Of a stretch of DNA of 38,194 bases, positions 1 to 8,772 are shown one piece after another (position 1 is the stretch's first letter; each line of letters begins with the position of its first letter). The notes beneath the pieces were generated by a model. That model worked only from the letters and a program-made list of their open reading frames with translations. It was not told the origin of the DNA and did no database searches. The translations under genes and the position numbers were made by a program. This stretch comes from a virus. Where the stretch lies: UHGV virus genome UHGV-0004901. One strand, written 5' to 3'.

Positions 1-135
1 TTAACAGCTAACTCATAGCAAGTCATTCCTATTCAGATACTAATTCAACCCTCTGTTTTTACAGAGGGTTTTTGTTTTTATGTATTCATTTCTATTCACT
101 CTGCACCATATTTTTTGGCGGTACAGGTGACGGTA

Positions 136-150
136 TTACCTTAAAGGTAT
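136..150. promoter_or_regulatory. Operator-like palindrome TTACCTTAAAGGTAT upstream of the integrase gene, nested inside a longer inverted repeat (TGACGGTAT ... ATACCGTCA, about 128..165)
   Basis: Direct reading; member of the TTACC-N5-GGTAA family found at 14 or more sites in the window. Confidence 0.5.
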
Positions 151-192
151 ACTCTCATACCGTCATGAAAATGGTTTCTATACGGGTGAATT

Positions 193-1443
193 GTGCTTAC
201 CGATACAAAATTAAAAAACCTCAAGCCGCAGGACAAACTGTATAAGGTCTCCGATCGTGACGGGCTGTATGTAGCTGTGCTTACGTCAGGCACGGTCTCG
301 TTTCGCTATGACTACCGTATCAACGGTCGCCGCGAAACACTGGTAATCGGGCAGTATGGGCGTGACGGTATCAGCCTGGCAGAAGCGCGAGAAGAACTGA
401 TTGCTGCAAAGAAGCTGCTTAAAGCAGGCCAGTCGCCGGCTGCGGCTAAACGTGACGGTATCAAAAAGATTCGTGGTGCCGAGACGTTTGCGGTACATAC
501 CGACAGTTATATGAAACACGTCATCCTGGCTGACAGTACCCGCGCAATGAAGCAGGCGGTGATCGACCGTGACATACTTCCGGTTCTTGGCAACAAAATG
601 ATGGCTGAAATTACCACATCGATGGTTCGTGATTTGTGTGACCGGATTGTCGAACGCGGTGGTCGGGCAACAGCAGTACAGGCCAGGGAGATTATCAGCA
701 GCGTATACCGTCACGCCAATGACCGTGGTCATGGTTTGTTTAATCCTGCGGCTGACATTAAACCTTCGTCTATCGCCATATTTAAACCACGAGAGCGAAC
801 ACTGACACCAGAAGAAATTGGCCTGTTCTTCCGCACGCTGGATGCCATTGGTGCTATGGGCACTATGAAAATGGCTTTAAAACTGGTGCTTATCACTATG
901 GTTCGTAAGGGCGAATTCACCAATGCAACGTGGGATGAAATAGATTTTAAAAAATGGACATGGACAATTCCTCCAGACCGCATGAAGGGAAGCCGGGCGC
1001 ACGTTATTTACCTGCCTAAACAGGCACAGGATATATTGGTCGGGTTGCAGATGTGCGCTGGTGGAAGTGAATATCTGGTTCCTGGTCGTTACAATTTCCG
1101 GAAGCCATTATCTAATGCCGCGCTGAACTCTCTGATCGACAGAACGGTGAAAATAATAAATGAAGATGGTGAGCATATTCAGGACTTCACCGTACACGAT
1201 ATGCGCCGTACAGCCAGTACGTTGTTGCATGAGGCTGGTTATCCTTCAGACTGGATTGAAAAGGCTCTGGCACATGAGCAGAAAGGTGTGCGCGCCGTAT
1301 ATAACAAAGCGGAATACGCCAGACAGCGCGCCTACATGTTGCAGCAGTGGGCCGATATGATTGATTCCTGGATTAACGGGGAGCATACGGATCTGATTCC
1401 GTTCTCCCCGTCGAAGTTTGAGAAGTGGATGGCGGGGGAATAA
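193..1443 (+). CDS. int: Tyrosine integrase, P4-like, with N-terminal arm-binding domain (GTG start)
   Basis: 416-aa ORF; N-terminus LTDTKLKNLKPQDKLYKVSDRDGLYVAV...FRYDYRINGRRETL is typical of P4-type integrase arm domains; C-terminal ...HDMRRTASTLL...Y catalytic region. Confidence 0.9.
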   Translation: MLTDTKLKNLKPQDKLYKVSDRDGLYVAVLTSGTVSFRYDYRINGRRETLVIGQYGRDGISLAEAREELIAAKKLLKAGQSPAAAKRDGIKKIRGAETFAVHTDSYMKHVILADSTRAMKQAVIDRDILPVLGNKMMAEITTSMVRDLCDRIVERGGRATAVQAREIISSVYRHANDRGHGLFNPAADIKPSSIAIFKPRERTLTPEEIGLFFRTLDAIGAMGTMKMALKLVLITMVRKGEFTNATWDEIDFKKWTWTIPPDRMKGSRAHVIYLPKQAQDILVGLQMCAGGSEYLVPGRYNFRKPLSNAALNSLIDRTVKIINEDGEHIQDFTVHDMRRTASTLLHEAGYPSDWIEKALAHEQKGVRAVYNKAEYARQRAYMLQQWADMIDSWINGEHTDLIPFSPSKFEKWMAGE

Positions 1444-1446
1444 CGT

Positions 1447-1641
1447 TTAATAGTTCTGCTGATTTTCTTCCATCTCGGCTTCTGCTGCCAGTGATTCAAT
1501 TTTATCTGTGAATATTGCTGACAGTGTTGCAAATTCAGCATCAGTGACAGCGGGAATTGGAACAAACCTGATCCCGCTGTGTGCAAGCATGTTTGCAGTT
1601 TCAAGGCATTTCCTTAAATCTGCTGGTGATGCCCTGTTCAT
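1447..1641 (-). CDS. Hypothetical small protein (64 aa), translationally coupled to the upstream methyltransferase gene (ATGA overlap)
   Basis: In-frame ATG at 1641 overlaps the methyltransferase stop; the longer 1447..1761 track ORF overlaps the methyltransferase in another frame. Confidence 0.35.
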   Translation of the reverse strand: MNRASPADLRKCLETANMLAHSGIRFVPIPAVTDAEFATLSAIFTDKIESLAAEAEMEENQQNY

Positions 1642-2288
1642 GCTGCACGCTCCCGCCCCTGGTTGTCTGTTGGTGACAGCGGAGCATTGCTGAATGCATT
1701 TGTTAATCCGGCAATATCCAACGCGTATCCTGGGTGTAGTTGCACTGCCGGGTCTTCGCACTGATTACCCCAAACATCGAAGCCATGAGACGACTGGCGG
1801 GCGAACAGTTCAATGCGAGAAACATCGCCTAACAATTGCACAAGTTTTTCACGAACGACATCTGGTTTTCTTGAATGCTCAAGCCGCGGTGCGGTAAATG
1901 ACTGAACGATACCTGCATTAATGCGCGGAGGTAGTTTTCCCTTTACCGCAAACAGGCAATCTTCACTGTTGGCGCGAGTCATGTGTCCCATCCCCATAAC
2001 CAGTTTATCTGGTTGTCGACTACCACATTTTATCCACGTGAAGCCCTTCATGGTCATCAGACGGAATCCCCAGGCTTCAACAACTTTTAGTGCTTCGAGT
2101 GGTTGTGTTGGCACCCACCACATGGCCAACAGACAGTTTTCACCGGCCAAATCCCACACAGGAAGGCGGCAGATATCCAGCACACTCATAACCGGATATT
2201 TAAAACCAGCACCGCGATTACCATCTGTGGCTTTGTCCCGGTATGCCCAGGGTGGATCTGCATAGATTAGTGTGTATTTCTTAGTCAT
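1638..2288 (-). CDS. DNA N6-adenine methyltransferase, MT-A70-like (orphan phage methylase)
   Basis: MTKKYTLIYADPPWAY... contains the DPPW catalytic motif; start trimmed to the ATG at 2288. Confidence 0.85.
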   Translation of the reverse strand: MTKKYTLIYADPPWAYRDKATDGNRGAGFKYPVMSVLDICRLPVWDLAGENCLLAMWWVPTQPLEALKVVEAWGFRLMTMKGFTWIKCGSRQPDKLVMGMGHMTRANSEDCLFAVKGKLPPRINAGIVQSFTAPRLEHSRKPDVVREKLVQLLGDVSRIELFARQSSHGFDVWGNQCEDPAVQLHPGYALDIAGLTNAFSNAPLSPTDNQGRERAA

Positions 2289-2580
2289 AAACCACCCCAC
2301 AACATCCTATGCCGCTATAGTCGCCACGGCGAAGGCCGTTACCTTTTGTGATACATTGGTCCCTGCGAACCGCGATCCTTGCACGTTCAACATCACCAGA
2401 AGCAACATCCATACACTGAAGCCAAAGGTGGGCGGCAACGCGGAACTGCCCTTTTTTCTCTCTTTCAATCGCGCGTTTTTCGATCTCTATCGCCGCAGGA
2501 GTAACGGCAACAACCTTTGAAGGGCTGCGCATTGAAACCTTGTTCATGTGATATTTTTCAAGTCGGCTTAACTTTCTCAC
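2281..2580 (-). CDS. Hypothetical protein
   Basis: ORF in the leftward operon, overlaps the methyltransferase start by 8 bp; no recognisable motif. Confidence 0.3.
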   Translation of the reverse strand: MRKLSRLEKYHMNKVSMRSPSKVVAVTPAAIEIEKRAIEREKKGQFRVAAHLWLQCMDVASGDVERARIAVRRDQCITKGNGLRRGDYSGIGCCGVVYD

Positions 2581-2689
2581 TTAATCCAACCCTCTCTGAA
2601 AATTAATGCCAGCAGATAAAGCCATGCTGAAACAGAGGCCAGGAATAAGTACCATCCTGACCATTTGCTCCAGTGCCTTAGCAGCACAC

Positions 2690-2938
2690 TCATGCCGCGT
2701 TGCTCACAGGACGATATACACGTTGCTGAACAGGAGGTTTTTTACCCTGGAACTCTGCCGGGCTTGCTGCCTGACGTTCATCAAGCCAACGCTCAACTTC
2801 ATCACGGTTCCATGCGCAGCGTTTATCGGTGATATACCAGCGTTTAGGAAATTCCCCTGCGCGCTCCATACGGTCGATAGTGCTCCATGACAGTGGCACC
2901 ACCGCCAGGAGTTCCTTCTTACCTAATGCACCTTTCAT
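2690..2938 (-). CDS. AlpA-family small DNA-binding protein (excisionase/regulator-like)
   Basis: 82-aa protein; LSWSTIDRMERAGEFPKRWYITDKRCAWNRDEVERWL resembles AlpA/Vis-type HTH. Confidence 0.6.
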   Translation of the reverse strand: MKGALGKKELLAVVPLSWSTIDRMERAGEFPKRWYITDKRCAWNRDEVERWLDERQAASPAEFQGKKPPVQQRVYRPVSNAA

Positions 2939-2987
2939 AAATACCTCTCTTGGTTGCAGTGCGGCGCGCGTGGCGCCGCGGTGGTGG

Positions 2988-3869
2988 TTACATAGATGTT
3001 TCGTTTAATTCTTCCCGACGAACGCTGTAAACGTCGGTGGCTTTTGCCAGCAGTTCGTCATCATCTGAAAGTTTTTGTGCAATGTATTTGTAAGCCTTAT
3101 CCAGTTCGGAGACAGTGCTGTAATTCATCGCTGCGCTGGTAAAGGCCATCAGCATTTCTTCTGGATCACGGCTATCCGCTTTACGCGTTTGCTCATCAGG
3201 CTTTTTCACTGGTTTAGCGTTGATCAGACTGTTCATTCCCGCAGCAGTAGTCGTTTGCGGAGTAATGTCTCGCTCAACGCGCGGTGCCGTTTCCTGTAAT
3301 TCGTCAGGGGTGTAAACACCGAGAAGTACATCAGGAGCGTGCAGGCGAGCCCATCGTTTCGTGCAAAGATAGGCAAGCTGCTGGCGCGGATCCTGTTCCC
3401 ACAATGGAGAGTTACGCACTCCGGCTTGCGCCATACTGATGGTAAGCTCACGGGGTTCTGCTTCTCCTTTAAGAACTGCTGACACAGTTACCGTCAGATT
3501 CGGTGATTTATCTGTTTTGCCGTTAACATTCGACCAGTCACCGCTCCAGCGATAATTCAGGCGTGTCGCTAGCAGGCTGGAAGAGGATACGACCGCGTTT
3601 ACCAACTGTGCTTCGTAGCCTAACGTTCCGTTTACCACATGCGTTTTCTGCGCCACGGCGAAAGGGTTCATTCCCCACTGTGCCGCCTGCATGGTCACCG
3701 CCAGACAATCGGCAGGTTTGCCTTCAAGATGTTTCGGTACAGTCGCTTTGCTTTGTGACATCAACTCCGCGAAACGCACCAGTTGATTCATGCCCTCCGG
3801 GCTGAAGATTGCCGCAGCAGTACCTACAGTTGCGCCTGGTTGTGATGTGATTGCGATATCATTGCTCAT
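2988..3869 (-). CDS. recT: RecT-family single-strand annealing recombinase
   Basis: 293-aa ORF; central region ...QAAQWGMNPFAVAQKTHVVNGTLGYEAQL... is typical of RecT; overlaps the upstream exonuclease gene by 4 bp. Confidence 0.85.
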   Translation of the reverse strand: MSNDIAITSQPGATVGTAAAIFSPEGMNQLVRFAELMSQSKATVPKHLEGKPADCLAVTMQAAQWGMNPFAVAQKTHVVNGTLGYEAQLVNAVVSSSSLLATRLNYRWSGDWSNVNGKTDKSPNLTVTVSAVLKGEAEPRELTISMAQAGVRNSPLWEQDPRQQLAYLCTKRWARLHAPDVLLGVYTPDELQETAPRVERDITPQTTTAAGMNSLINAKPVKKPDEQTRKADSRDPEEMLMAFTSAAMNYSTVSELDKAYKYIAQKLSDDDELLAKATDVYSVRREELNETSM

Positions 3870-4687
3870 ACGTACATATCCTGTTTACGTGCCCAGTCAG
3901 GGCGTTTAATAATTTCCACGCCGCCCCATTCATCATTGATGCGGCATTCGTGATAGGTATTCAGATCCCGGCGGAACAGAGCGTGCCCGGCATCGACATC
4001 CGGCGCATCCAGCTCGAACACGCGTACCGGATACCGACCACAATCAATGCTTTCGCTCACGGCAAGAAAGAAAAAACCATGCGACTGACCAGTAACCCTC
4101 ATCGCTCCTTCGCGGTACATTGCGTCCTGCACGTGGTAGCGGAATTCCTCGATGTGGCGTGCAAAACGGTCCATATCTGCAACCTTTTTCACGTCGACGA
4201 TCACGTTGTGCTCGTTCAGCCATTTGTCTGGACGAATGCGGCACAACTCACCAGTCTCTTCATCATTCCAGTACATTGATGCTTCGCAGTAACCAGGTGC
4301 TTCCAGCATCCAGCGTGCCGCCGGGTGAGCCATTGCGCTATCACGCATCAGCTCCAGTTTTCGCCACTGCTCTGCATCAAGTACCGAAATCCCCATATCC
4401 GCTACATCACGAATAAATGCCTCTTCGTCAGCTTTACCTTGTTTTGTCCGACGATCGAATTTCGGTGAAACGATGAAGCGTTTGTCAAACTCTCCAGGTT
4501 CCAGAAGCAGACAGTGCAGAGCAGTACCCATGTCCAGTGCAGACTTCTTCTCTTCGTCTTCCGGAGCAGCCTTCACCCATTTCAGAAGGGCAGGGTTCTT
4601 AGCCACCATATCTAGCTGCGACTTACTCACGCCGTCACCGGCGTGGTAGTCCTCGTTGCTGATATCGAAATAAATTCCCGGATTCAT
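3866..4687 (-). CDS. RecE-like PD-(D/E)XK exonuclease (partner of RecT)
   Basis: 273 aa; N-terminal DISNEDYHAG motif and downstream D..E.K-type motif (IVDVKKV); operon partner of recT. Confidence 0.75.
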   Translation of the reverse strand: MNPGIYFDISNEDYHAGDGVSKSQLDMVAKNPALLKWVKAAPEDEEKKSALDMGTALHCLLLEPGEFDKRFIVSPKFDRRTKQGKADEEAFIRDVADMGISVLDAEQWRKLELMRDSAMAHPAARWMLEAPGYCEASMYWNDEETGELCRIRPDKWLNEHNVIVDVKKVADMDRFARHIEEFRYHVQDAMYREGAMRVTGQSHGFFFLAVSESIDCGRYPVRVFELDAPDVDAGHALFRRDLNTYHECRINDEWGGVEIIKRPDWARKQDMYV

Positions 4688-4983
4688 GCCGCGTCCCTCT
4701 GCCCATCAATCTGATCAGCCAGATCCCAGCGGGCGATAATTGCCATTGCCTCGCGCCGGTAGGCATCCATTAGTTCTTCGAACTCAGGGCTGTCTTTAGC
4801 GGCCTCCAGTACTTCCTGGCGAACGCCTTTAACTGTTACAACGTCGAAAGTTGATGCCAGTTGATGAAGCCGGATACTCTCAATCAGTTCAACTTGTCGG
4901 TCATATAGCTGTTCTGACAGGCGGTAGTCCTTGTCGAATGCCAGCATGATTTTTTGAAGATTTTTCTGCTGATTAACGTTCAT
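4684..4983 (-). CDS. Hypothetical early protein (99 aa from ATG 4983)
   Basis: Strong SD (GGGAGGG) upstream of the ATG at 4983; track ORF trimmed. Confidence 0.5.
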   Translation of the reverse strand: MNVNQQKNLQKIMLAFDKDYRLSEQLYDRQVELIESIRLHQLASTFDVVTVKGVRQEVLEAAKDSPEFEELMDAYRREAMAIIARWDLADQIDGQRDAA

Positions 4984-4985
4984 TA

Positions 4986-5138
4986 TCAGCCCTCCCATAT
5001 CTCGTTATCGTTGGCCACATCGCGAGCTTCTTTGCTGACGAAAGCCCACTTAATGCCTTCCTGTAAGGTGCGGAACTTCCAGCTCATGAATCCGCATGCA
5101 GTAACGCAGTACCAACCGTTGATGATTTTCCACTGCAT
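4986..5138 (-). CDS. Small protein (50 aa), first gene of the leftward early operon
   Basis: ORF below the track cutoff: MQWKIINGWYCVTACGFMSWKFRTLQEGIKWAFVSKEARDVANDNEIWEG; SD GAGGT 8 nt upstream, overlapping an operator half-site. Confidence 0.35.
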   Translation of the reverse strand: MQWKIINGWYCVTACGFMSWKFRTLQEGIKWAFVSKEARDVANDNEIWEG

Positions 5139-5144
5139 AACTTG

Positions 5145-5234
5145 TTACCTCGGTCTGTTACCGTTGAGGTAATAATTATGCGTATCTGGTTTGATGTCAA
5201 TAGATATGAGTTAAAAAAATTACCCATTAGGTAA
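5145..5234. promoter_or_regulatory. Leftward early promoter/operator region (OL-like): TTACCGTTGAGGTAA (5158..5172), TTACCCATTAGGTAA (5220..5234) and an extra TTACCTC half-site (5145..5151)
   Basis: Palindromes read directly; lie between the repressor-gene terminator and the first leftward gene. Confidence 0.6.
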
Positions 5235-5243
5235 TCGAATAGG

Positions 5244-5271
5244 CAATAAAAAAGCCGCCAGAAGGCGGCTT
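5244..5271 (-). terminator. Rho-independent terminator after the repressor gene
   Basis: Minus-strand hairpin AAGCCGCC-TTCT-GGCGGCTT followed by a T-run. Confidence 0.65.
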
Positions 5272-5291
5272 ACTTACTGAAAAATATGATT

Positions 5292-5876
5292 TTATTGTTT
5301 GTTTTTTTCGTTCTGGTTGATGACAAATTCAATGTAACTTTCGATCTTTGCTTTCTCGGTTTCGGGTAACAATGCGTAGCGCGAGCGATCATAGTTGATG
5401 GTCGCAGGGTCGTGCGGGTGAATCAGTAATTCATAGCCGTGACGCCCGAATGCGGATGCAACATTCTCCAGGGTGGAAATGGAAACGCTGACCTCATTGT
5501 TTAACAGGCGGCTGATTGTCACCTGGGCGACGCCGGATGCGCGGTGTAGTTTTCCCTGCGTTGAAAGGTCGCGGCTTTCGCTCATCCAGCGTTCCAGGTT
5601 GTGAGCCGCCAGCTGACCTATATCACTCGGGCCGACAGGCTGAAAACCTTCCTGAGAAAGCGAGCGATCGATATCAAGCCAGTTACGGGGTTTATTGGCG
5701 GCAGCTTCAATTTTTCGCGCAACCTGGTCGCCGATAACCTTCTTGCCAAGAGCCCAGCGGTTTACCAGATTTGCCTGAGTTCCAAGTTTTTCTGCCATCC
5801 GCGTCTGAACACCATTGAATTCACGGTCGATCAAGTCGTTGAGATTTTGCCTGCGGACGTCCTGGATACTTTTCAT
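5292..5876 (-). CDS. Immunity repressor (CI-like) with two HTH domains and no S24 peptidase domain
   Basis: 194 aa; two XRE-type HTH-like segments (…TRMAEKLGTQANLVNRWALGKK… and …ASGVAQVTISRLLNNE…); divergent from the Cro-like gene across an operator cluster. Confidence 0.7.
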   Translation of the reverse strand: MKSIQDVRRQNLNDLIDREFNGVQTRMAEKLGTQANLVNRWALGKKVIGDQVARKIEAAANKPRNWLDIDRSLSQEGFQPVGPSDIGQLAAHNLERWMSESRDLSTQGKLHRASGVAQVTISRLLNNEVSVSISTLENVASAFGRHGYELLIHPHDPATINYDRSRYALLPETEKAKIESYIEFVINQNEKNKQ

Positions 5877-5931
5877 TTTCTGGAAAATCGCCTCATATAT
5901 GAATCAGTAGATGATTCAATTTAAAGCAATA

Positions 5932-5994
5932 TTACCCAACAGGTAAATGCACCTCATAGGTAACTATCCTTGATTTTTGTTACCTTATGGGTGA
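5932..5994. promoter_or_regulatory. Immunity switch operators (OR-like): TTACCCAACAGGTAA (5932..5946), GCACCTCATAGGTAA (5949..5963), TTACCTTATGGGTGA (5980..5994)
   Basis: Three tandem 15-bp palindromic sites between the divergent repressor and Cro-like genes. Confidence 0.7.
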
Positions 5995-6030
5995 ATATTT
6001 ATTATCTGAAATAAATATCAGGCAATAGCT

Positions 6031-6261
6031 ATGAGCGATAACGGACATTTCGATTTCAAAAAGCACTGGCTTGCACTTACTCCGGATGAGCGTGAAGCCT
6101 TCGCACAGGAAGCCGGAACGACGAGTCACTATATCCAGACTCACTTAACAGGTAAGCGCAAAATGCCAGGTAAAGTATTGATGAATGGGCTTTTTAAAGC
6201 CTGTAAAACAAGACAATGGCTGCGCTTAAAAGCAGAACTGGCATACTTCTTCTACTCATGA
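6031..6261 (+). CDS. Cro-like small DNA-binding protein
   Basis: 76 aa, divergent from the repressor across the operator cluster; HTH-like segment LTPDEREAFAQEAGTTSHYIQTHLTGKR. Confidence 0.55.
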   Translation: MSDNGHFDFKKHWLALTPDEREAFAQEAGTTSHYIQTHLTGKRKMPGKVLMNGLFKACKTRQWLRLKAELAYFFYS

Positions 6262-6282
6262 TATCCAGCTACAACCCTCTGT

Positions 6283-6308
6283 AGACCGCCACCCGGCGGT
6301 CTTTTCAT
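6283..6308 (+). terminator. Rho-independent terminator after the Cro-like gene (tR1-like)
   Basis: GACCGCC-ACCC-GGCGGTC hairpin followed by TTTTC. Confidence 0.6.
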
Positions 6309-6316
6309 ATCTATTC

Positions 6317-6331
6317 GTACCTCAAAGGTAA
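6317..6331. promoter_or_regulatory. Operator-like palindrome GTACCTCAAAGGTAA downstream of the Cro terminator
   Basis: Direct reading. Confidence 0.45.
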
Positions 6332-6411
6332 TAAAAAACCAAATCTGGTTGATCTTTTTTTTGTGTCAGCACAAAATGACCGTAATCCCAATACTAATAA
6401 CAGGGCTTACC

Positions 6412-6612
6412 ATGGAAATCATTACACGTATTGATGCCGCAAAGCGCGGACTTAAACGCTACTACACCGGAAAAACATGTAAGCACGGACATGACAGTGA
6501 ACGCTGGGTTTACAACGGACACTGTGTTGAGTGCACCATGGAATCAAACCGTCGTATCAGGGCAGAGATTAAGCAGATCATGATTAATTCCTCCCCACAA
6601 CATTCAAGCTGA
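6412..6612 (+). CDS. Small Cys/His-rich protein in the cII position (hypothetical, possible zinc-binding)
   Basis: MEIITRIDAAKRGLKRYYTGKTCKHGHDSERWVYNGHCVEC...; start trimmed to ATG 6412. Confidence 0.4.
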   Translation: MEIITRIDAAKRGLKRYYTGKTCKHGHDSERWVYNGHCVECTMESNRRIRAEIKQIMINSSPQHSS

Positions 6613-6627
6613 TAGCGGAGATTAATC

Positions 6628-7467
6628 ATGAGCAGACATGCAACAGATTGGGCCTGGGAGACAGATCCAGGTAGCTCATCATTAAAGCTCATACTGCTCT
6701 CGATGGCTGACAGAGCCGATGAATATAACCTCTGCTACCCCAGCATAGAACGCCTCGTTAAAGACACTTGCCTGAATAAAAAAACCGTGCAGGCCGGGCT
6801 TATATCGCTCATGAAAATGGGGCTTATTTCAGATACCGGAGAGAGAAAGGGAGCGACAAAAAGAGTGCGGGTTTTCTCTCTTAATATAACCAAAAACGGG
6901 AACATTAAAGGCAACCGAGAGGGGGGCAATGAACCCGAAAACGGTAATGTTACCGAAAACGGGAATATACCCAAAAACGGGATGTTGAATGATCCCAAAA
7001 ACGGGATGTTGAATGATCCCAAAAACGGGATGTTGAATGATCCCAAAAACGGGATCCAGAACCAGTCATATAACCAGTCATTTAACCAAGAGAGGGAGAG
7101 CAGGACAAAAAACGGGGATTCTGTGCATCATGACCCCGGCGCAAACAACGCCGTGATGAATAACTTTGTTCCTCCTGGTGGGCCAGGGCAATTAGGCAAA
7201 TTTGTCATGCATGAACAATGGCAGCCATCAGATGACTTTCTTCGGAAAAGCTCATTGCAGGGGATCTACCTGGACAGTCTGCCAACGGCACAGGAACTTG
7301 CAGAGTTCAGAATTTACTGGATGGCTGAGGGTAAGGCATACCATCAGGCACAGTGGGAGCAGAAGCTGGCAAGGCGGCTGCAGATTAGCAGACAGAAGCA
7401 ATCAACATTACCTGATAACAACGTTCCGCACTGGAACAGCCCTGAAGCATGGGAGGATTTCTTGTGA
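6628..7467 (+). CDS. Replication initiator, lambda O-like (N-terminal winged-helix domain) with internal iterons
   Basis: N-terminal HTH-like domain; internal PKNGMLND repeats encoded by DNA iterons; followed by and overlapping a lambda P homolog. Confidence 0.75.
   Translation: MSRHATDWAWETDPGSSSLKLILLSMADRADEYNLCYPSIERLVKDTCLNKKTVQAGLISLMKMGLISDTGERKGATKRVRVFSLNITKNGNIKGNREGGNEPENGNVTENGNIPKNGMLNDPKNGMLNDPKNGMLNDPKNGIQNQSYNQSFNQERESRTKNGDSVHHDPGANNAVMNNFVPPGGPGQLGKFVMHEQWQPSDDFLRKSSLQGIYLDSLPTAQELAEFRIYWMAEGKAYHQAQWEQKLARRLQISRQKQSTLPDNNVPHWNSPEAWEDFL
6890..7060. repeat. Iteron array (putative origin of replication): 7 copies of CC(C/G)AAAACGG(G/T)A at 18-24 bp spacing, including 3 perfect 24-bp tandem copies
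   Basis: AAAACGG cores at 6893, 6938, 6956, 6974, 6998, 7022, 7046; followed by a second short direct repeat AACCAGTCAT(A/T)TAACCA (7059..7090). Confidence 0.7.
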
Positions 7468-8249
7468 ACAACGTTTTTACCGCGATACAAAACCGTGACG
7501 GAGAAGCCCTTTCTCGCATGTCAGGTTATGAGCATCAGTACACCAACAATGACAACGTGGTGAACATGTCAGCAGAGAGGCTTGTTGATGCCCTTTTCAA
7601 ACAGCTGAAACAACTGTTTCCGGCGGCAGTGGTAACCAACCTGAAGACGCCAGAGCAGGAAGTCGCTGCAAAACAGCAGTGGATTGCTGCGTTTGCCGAA
7701 GGTGGGATCCGAACCCGTGAACAGGTTTCTGCTGGTATGCGCCACGCCCGCGCCAGTGAATCTCCGTTCTGGCCGTCGCCAGGGCAATTCATCAAGTGGT
7801 GCAAAGACAGCAAGATGGTTCTTGGCGTCACCATTGACGATGTGATGGCGGAGTTTCACCGGTACAGCAAGGAAAAAAGTTTATATCCTGGTAGTCCCGA
7901 AAGATTCCCGTGGCGACATCCGGTTATGTACTGGGTCGTATGTGATACCCGCCGTGCAATGTATCAGCGCCAGCTTAGCGAGATTGAGGTTGAGAAACAT
8001 GCGCGCAGGCTGCTCGATGATTGGGCGAAAAAGGTGGCTTCTGGACAGCAGATACCCGATCCGGTGATCAGCATACAGGCAAAGCCAGAGCCCATGAGTA
8101 CACCTCCGGACACAGGGAGAGACGTTTACCATCCACCAGGGCGAAGTTTCGGATGCATGCCTAACGCCGCCACCCTTGGGGGAATAACACCGGCGCAGTG
8201 GCTGATGGAGGAATACAGGCGAGGAAAGGCGGCAGGATTTATCAAGTAA
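7449..8249 (+). CDS. Replication protein P-like (DnaB helicase loader)
   Basis: Clear similarity to lambda P recalled from memory: ...FPAAVVTNLKTPEQEVAAKQQWIAAFAEGGIRTREQVSAGMRHARASESPFWPSPGQFIKWCKD... versus lambda ...FPASL...RRQWVLAFRENGITTMEQVNAGMRVARRQNRPFLPSPGQFVAWCRE. Confidence 0.85.
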   Translation: MGGFLVNNVFTAIQNRDGEALSRMSGYEHQYTNNDNVVNMSAERLVDALFKQLKQLFPAAVVTNLKTPEQEVAAKQQWIAAFAEGGIRTREQVSAGMRHARASESPFWPSPGQFIKWCKDSKMVLGVTIDDVMAEFHRYSKEKSLYPGSPERFPWRHPVMYWVVCDTRRAMYQRQLSEIEVEKHARRLLDDWAKKVASGQQIPDPVISIQAKPEPMSTPPDTGRDVYHPPGRSFGCMPNAATLGGITPAQWLMEEYRRGKAAGFIK

Positions 8250-8286
8250 TACCAGCGCGATAGCGCATTTTTTTACGCTCAAATAA

Positions 8287-8363
8287 TTACCCATCAGGTA
8301 ATAAAATATTCTAAACTCTATTGATTTCGTGTCTTATGTGGTTTTTAATTACCTCAGAGGTAA
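8287..8363. promoter_or_regulatory. Operator pair TTACCCATCAGGTAA (8287..8301) and TTACCTCAGAGGTAA (8349..8363), 62 bp centre to centre; the second overlaps the SD of the downstream gene
   Basis: Direct reading; same 62-bp spacing as the OL pair. Confidence 0.55.
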
Positions 8364-8366
8364 ATC

Positions 8367-8711
8367 ATGAGAAAACAGATGCAGGCTCTTGGTCGACTCA
8401 AAACAGGCCAGATGAACAAAACAGAATCTGCGTATTGCCAGCATCTTGAGCAGCGTAAACGTGCAGGGGAAATCGCCTGGTATCGATTCGAGGGTATCAA
8501 GCTGCGGTTAGCTGATAACACGTTCTATACGCCAGATTTCGCTGTGATGCTCGCCACCGGAGAGATGGAACTGCACGAAGTGAAAGGTTTCTGGACCGAC
8601 GACGCCAGGGTGAAAACCAAAGTCGCCGCAGATCAGTATCCGTTCCGAATCATCGGGGTAACGGTTAAGCCAAAGAAAGCAGGTGGCGGATGGAAAATCG
8701 AAGAGTTCTGA
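8367..8711 (+). CDS. Small PD-(D/E)XK-like protein (DUF1064-like; possible nuclease/resolvase)
   Basis: 114 aa; ...YTPDFAVMLATGEMELHEVKG... fits a PD...E.K motif; family assignment from memory only. Confidence 0.45.
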   Translation: MRKQMQALGRLKTGQMNKTESAYCQHLEQRKRAGEIAWYRFEGIKLRLADNTFYTPDFAVMLATGEMELHEVKGFWTDDARVKTKVAADQYPFRIIGVTVKPKKAGGGWKIEEF

Positions 8712-8772
8712 ATCGACGATCTTTTTAGTTATCAATGTTATCAATAAGTTATGTGGATAAGCGAGGGTAAAG

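Noticed and set aside
2606-2890. 94-aa plus-strand ORF
   Set aside because: Antisense to the AlpA-like gene, inside a leftward operon, with no SD.
2958-2976. GC-rich inverted repeat GCGGCGC-GCGTG-GCGCCGC between recT and the AlpA-like gene as a terminator
   Set aside because: No T-tract follows on the transcribed strand; more likely an mRNA structure, or incidental.
6890-7060. Possible CRISPR array (regular short repeats)
   Set aside because: The repeats are contiguous or near-contiguous without unique spacers and lie inside a replication gene; they are iterons. The 8-bp tract at 38118 likewise has no spacers.
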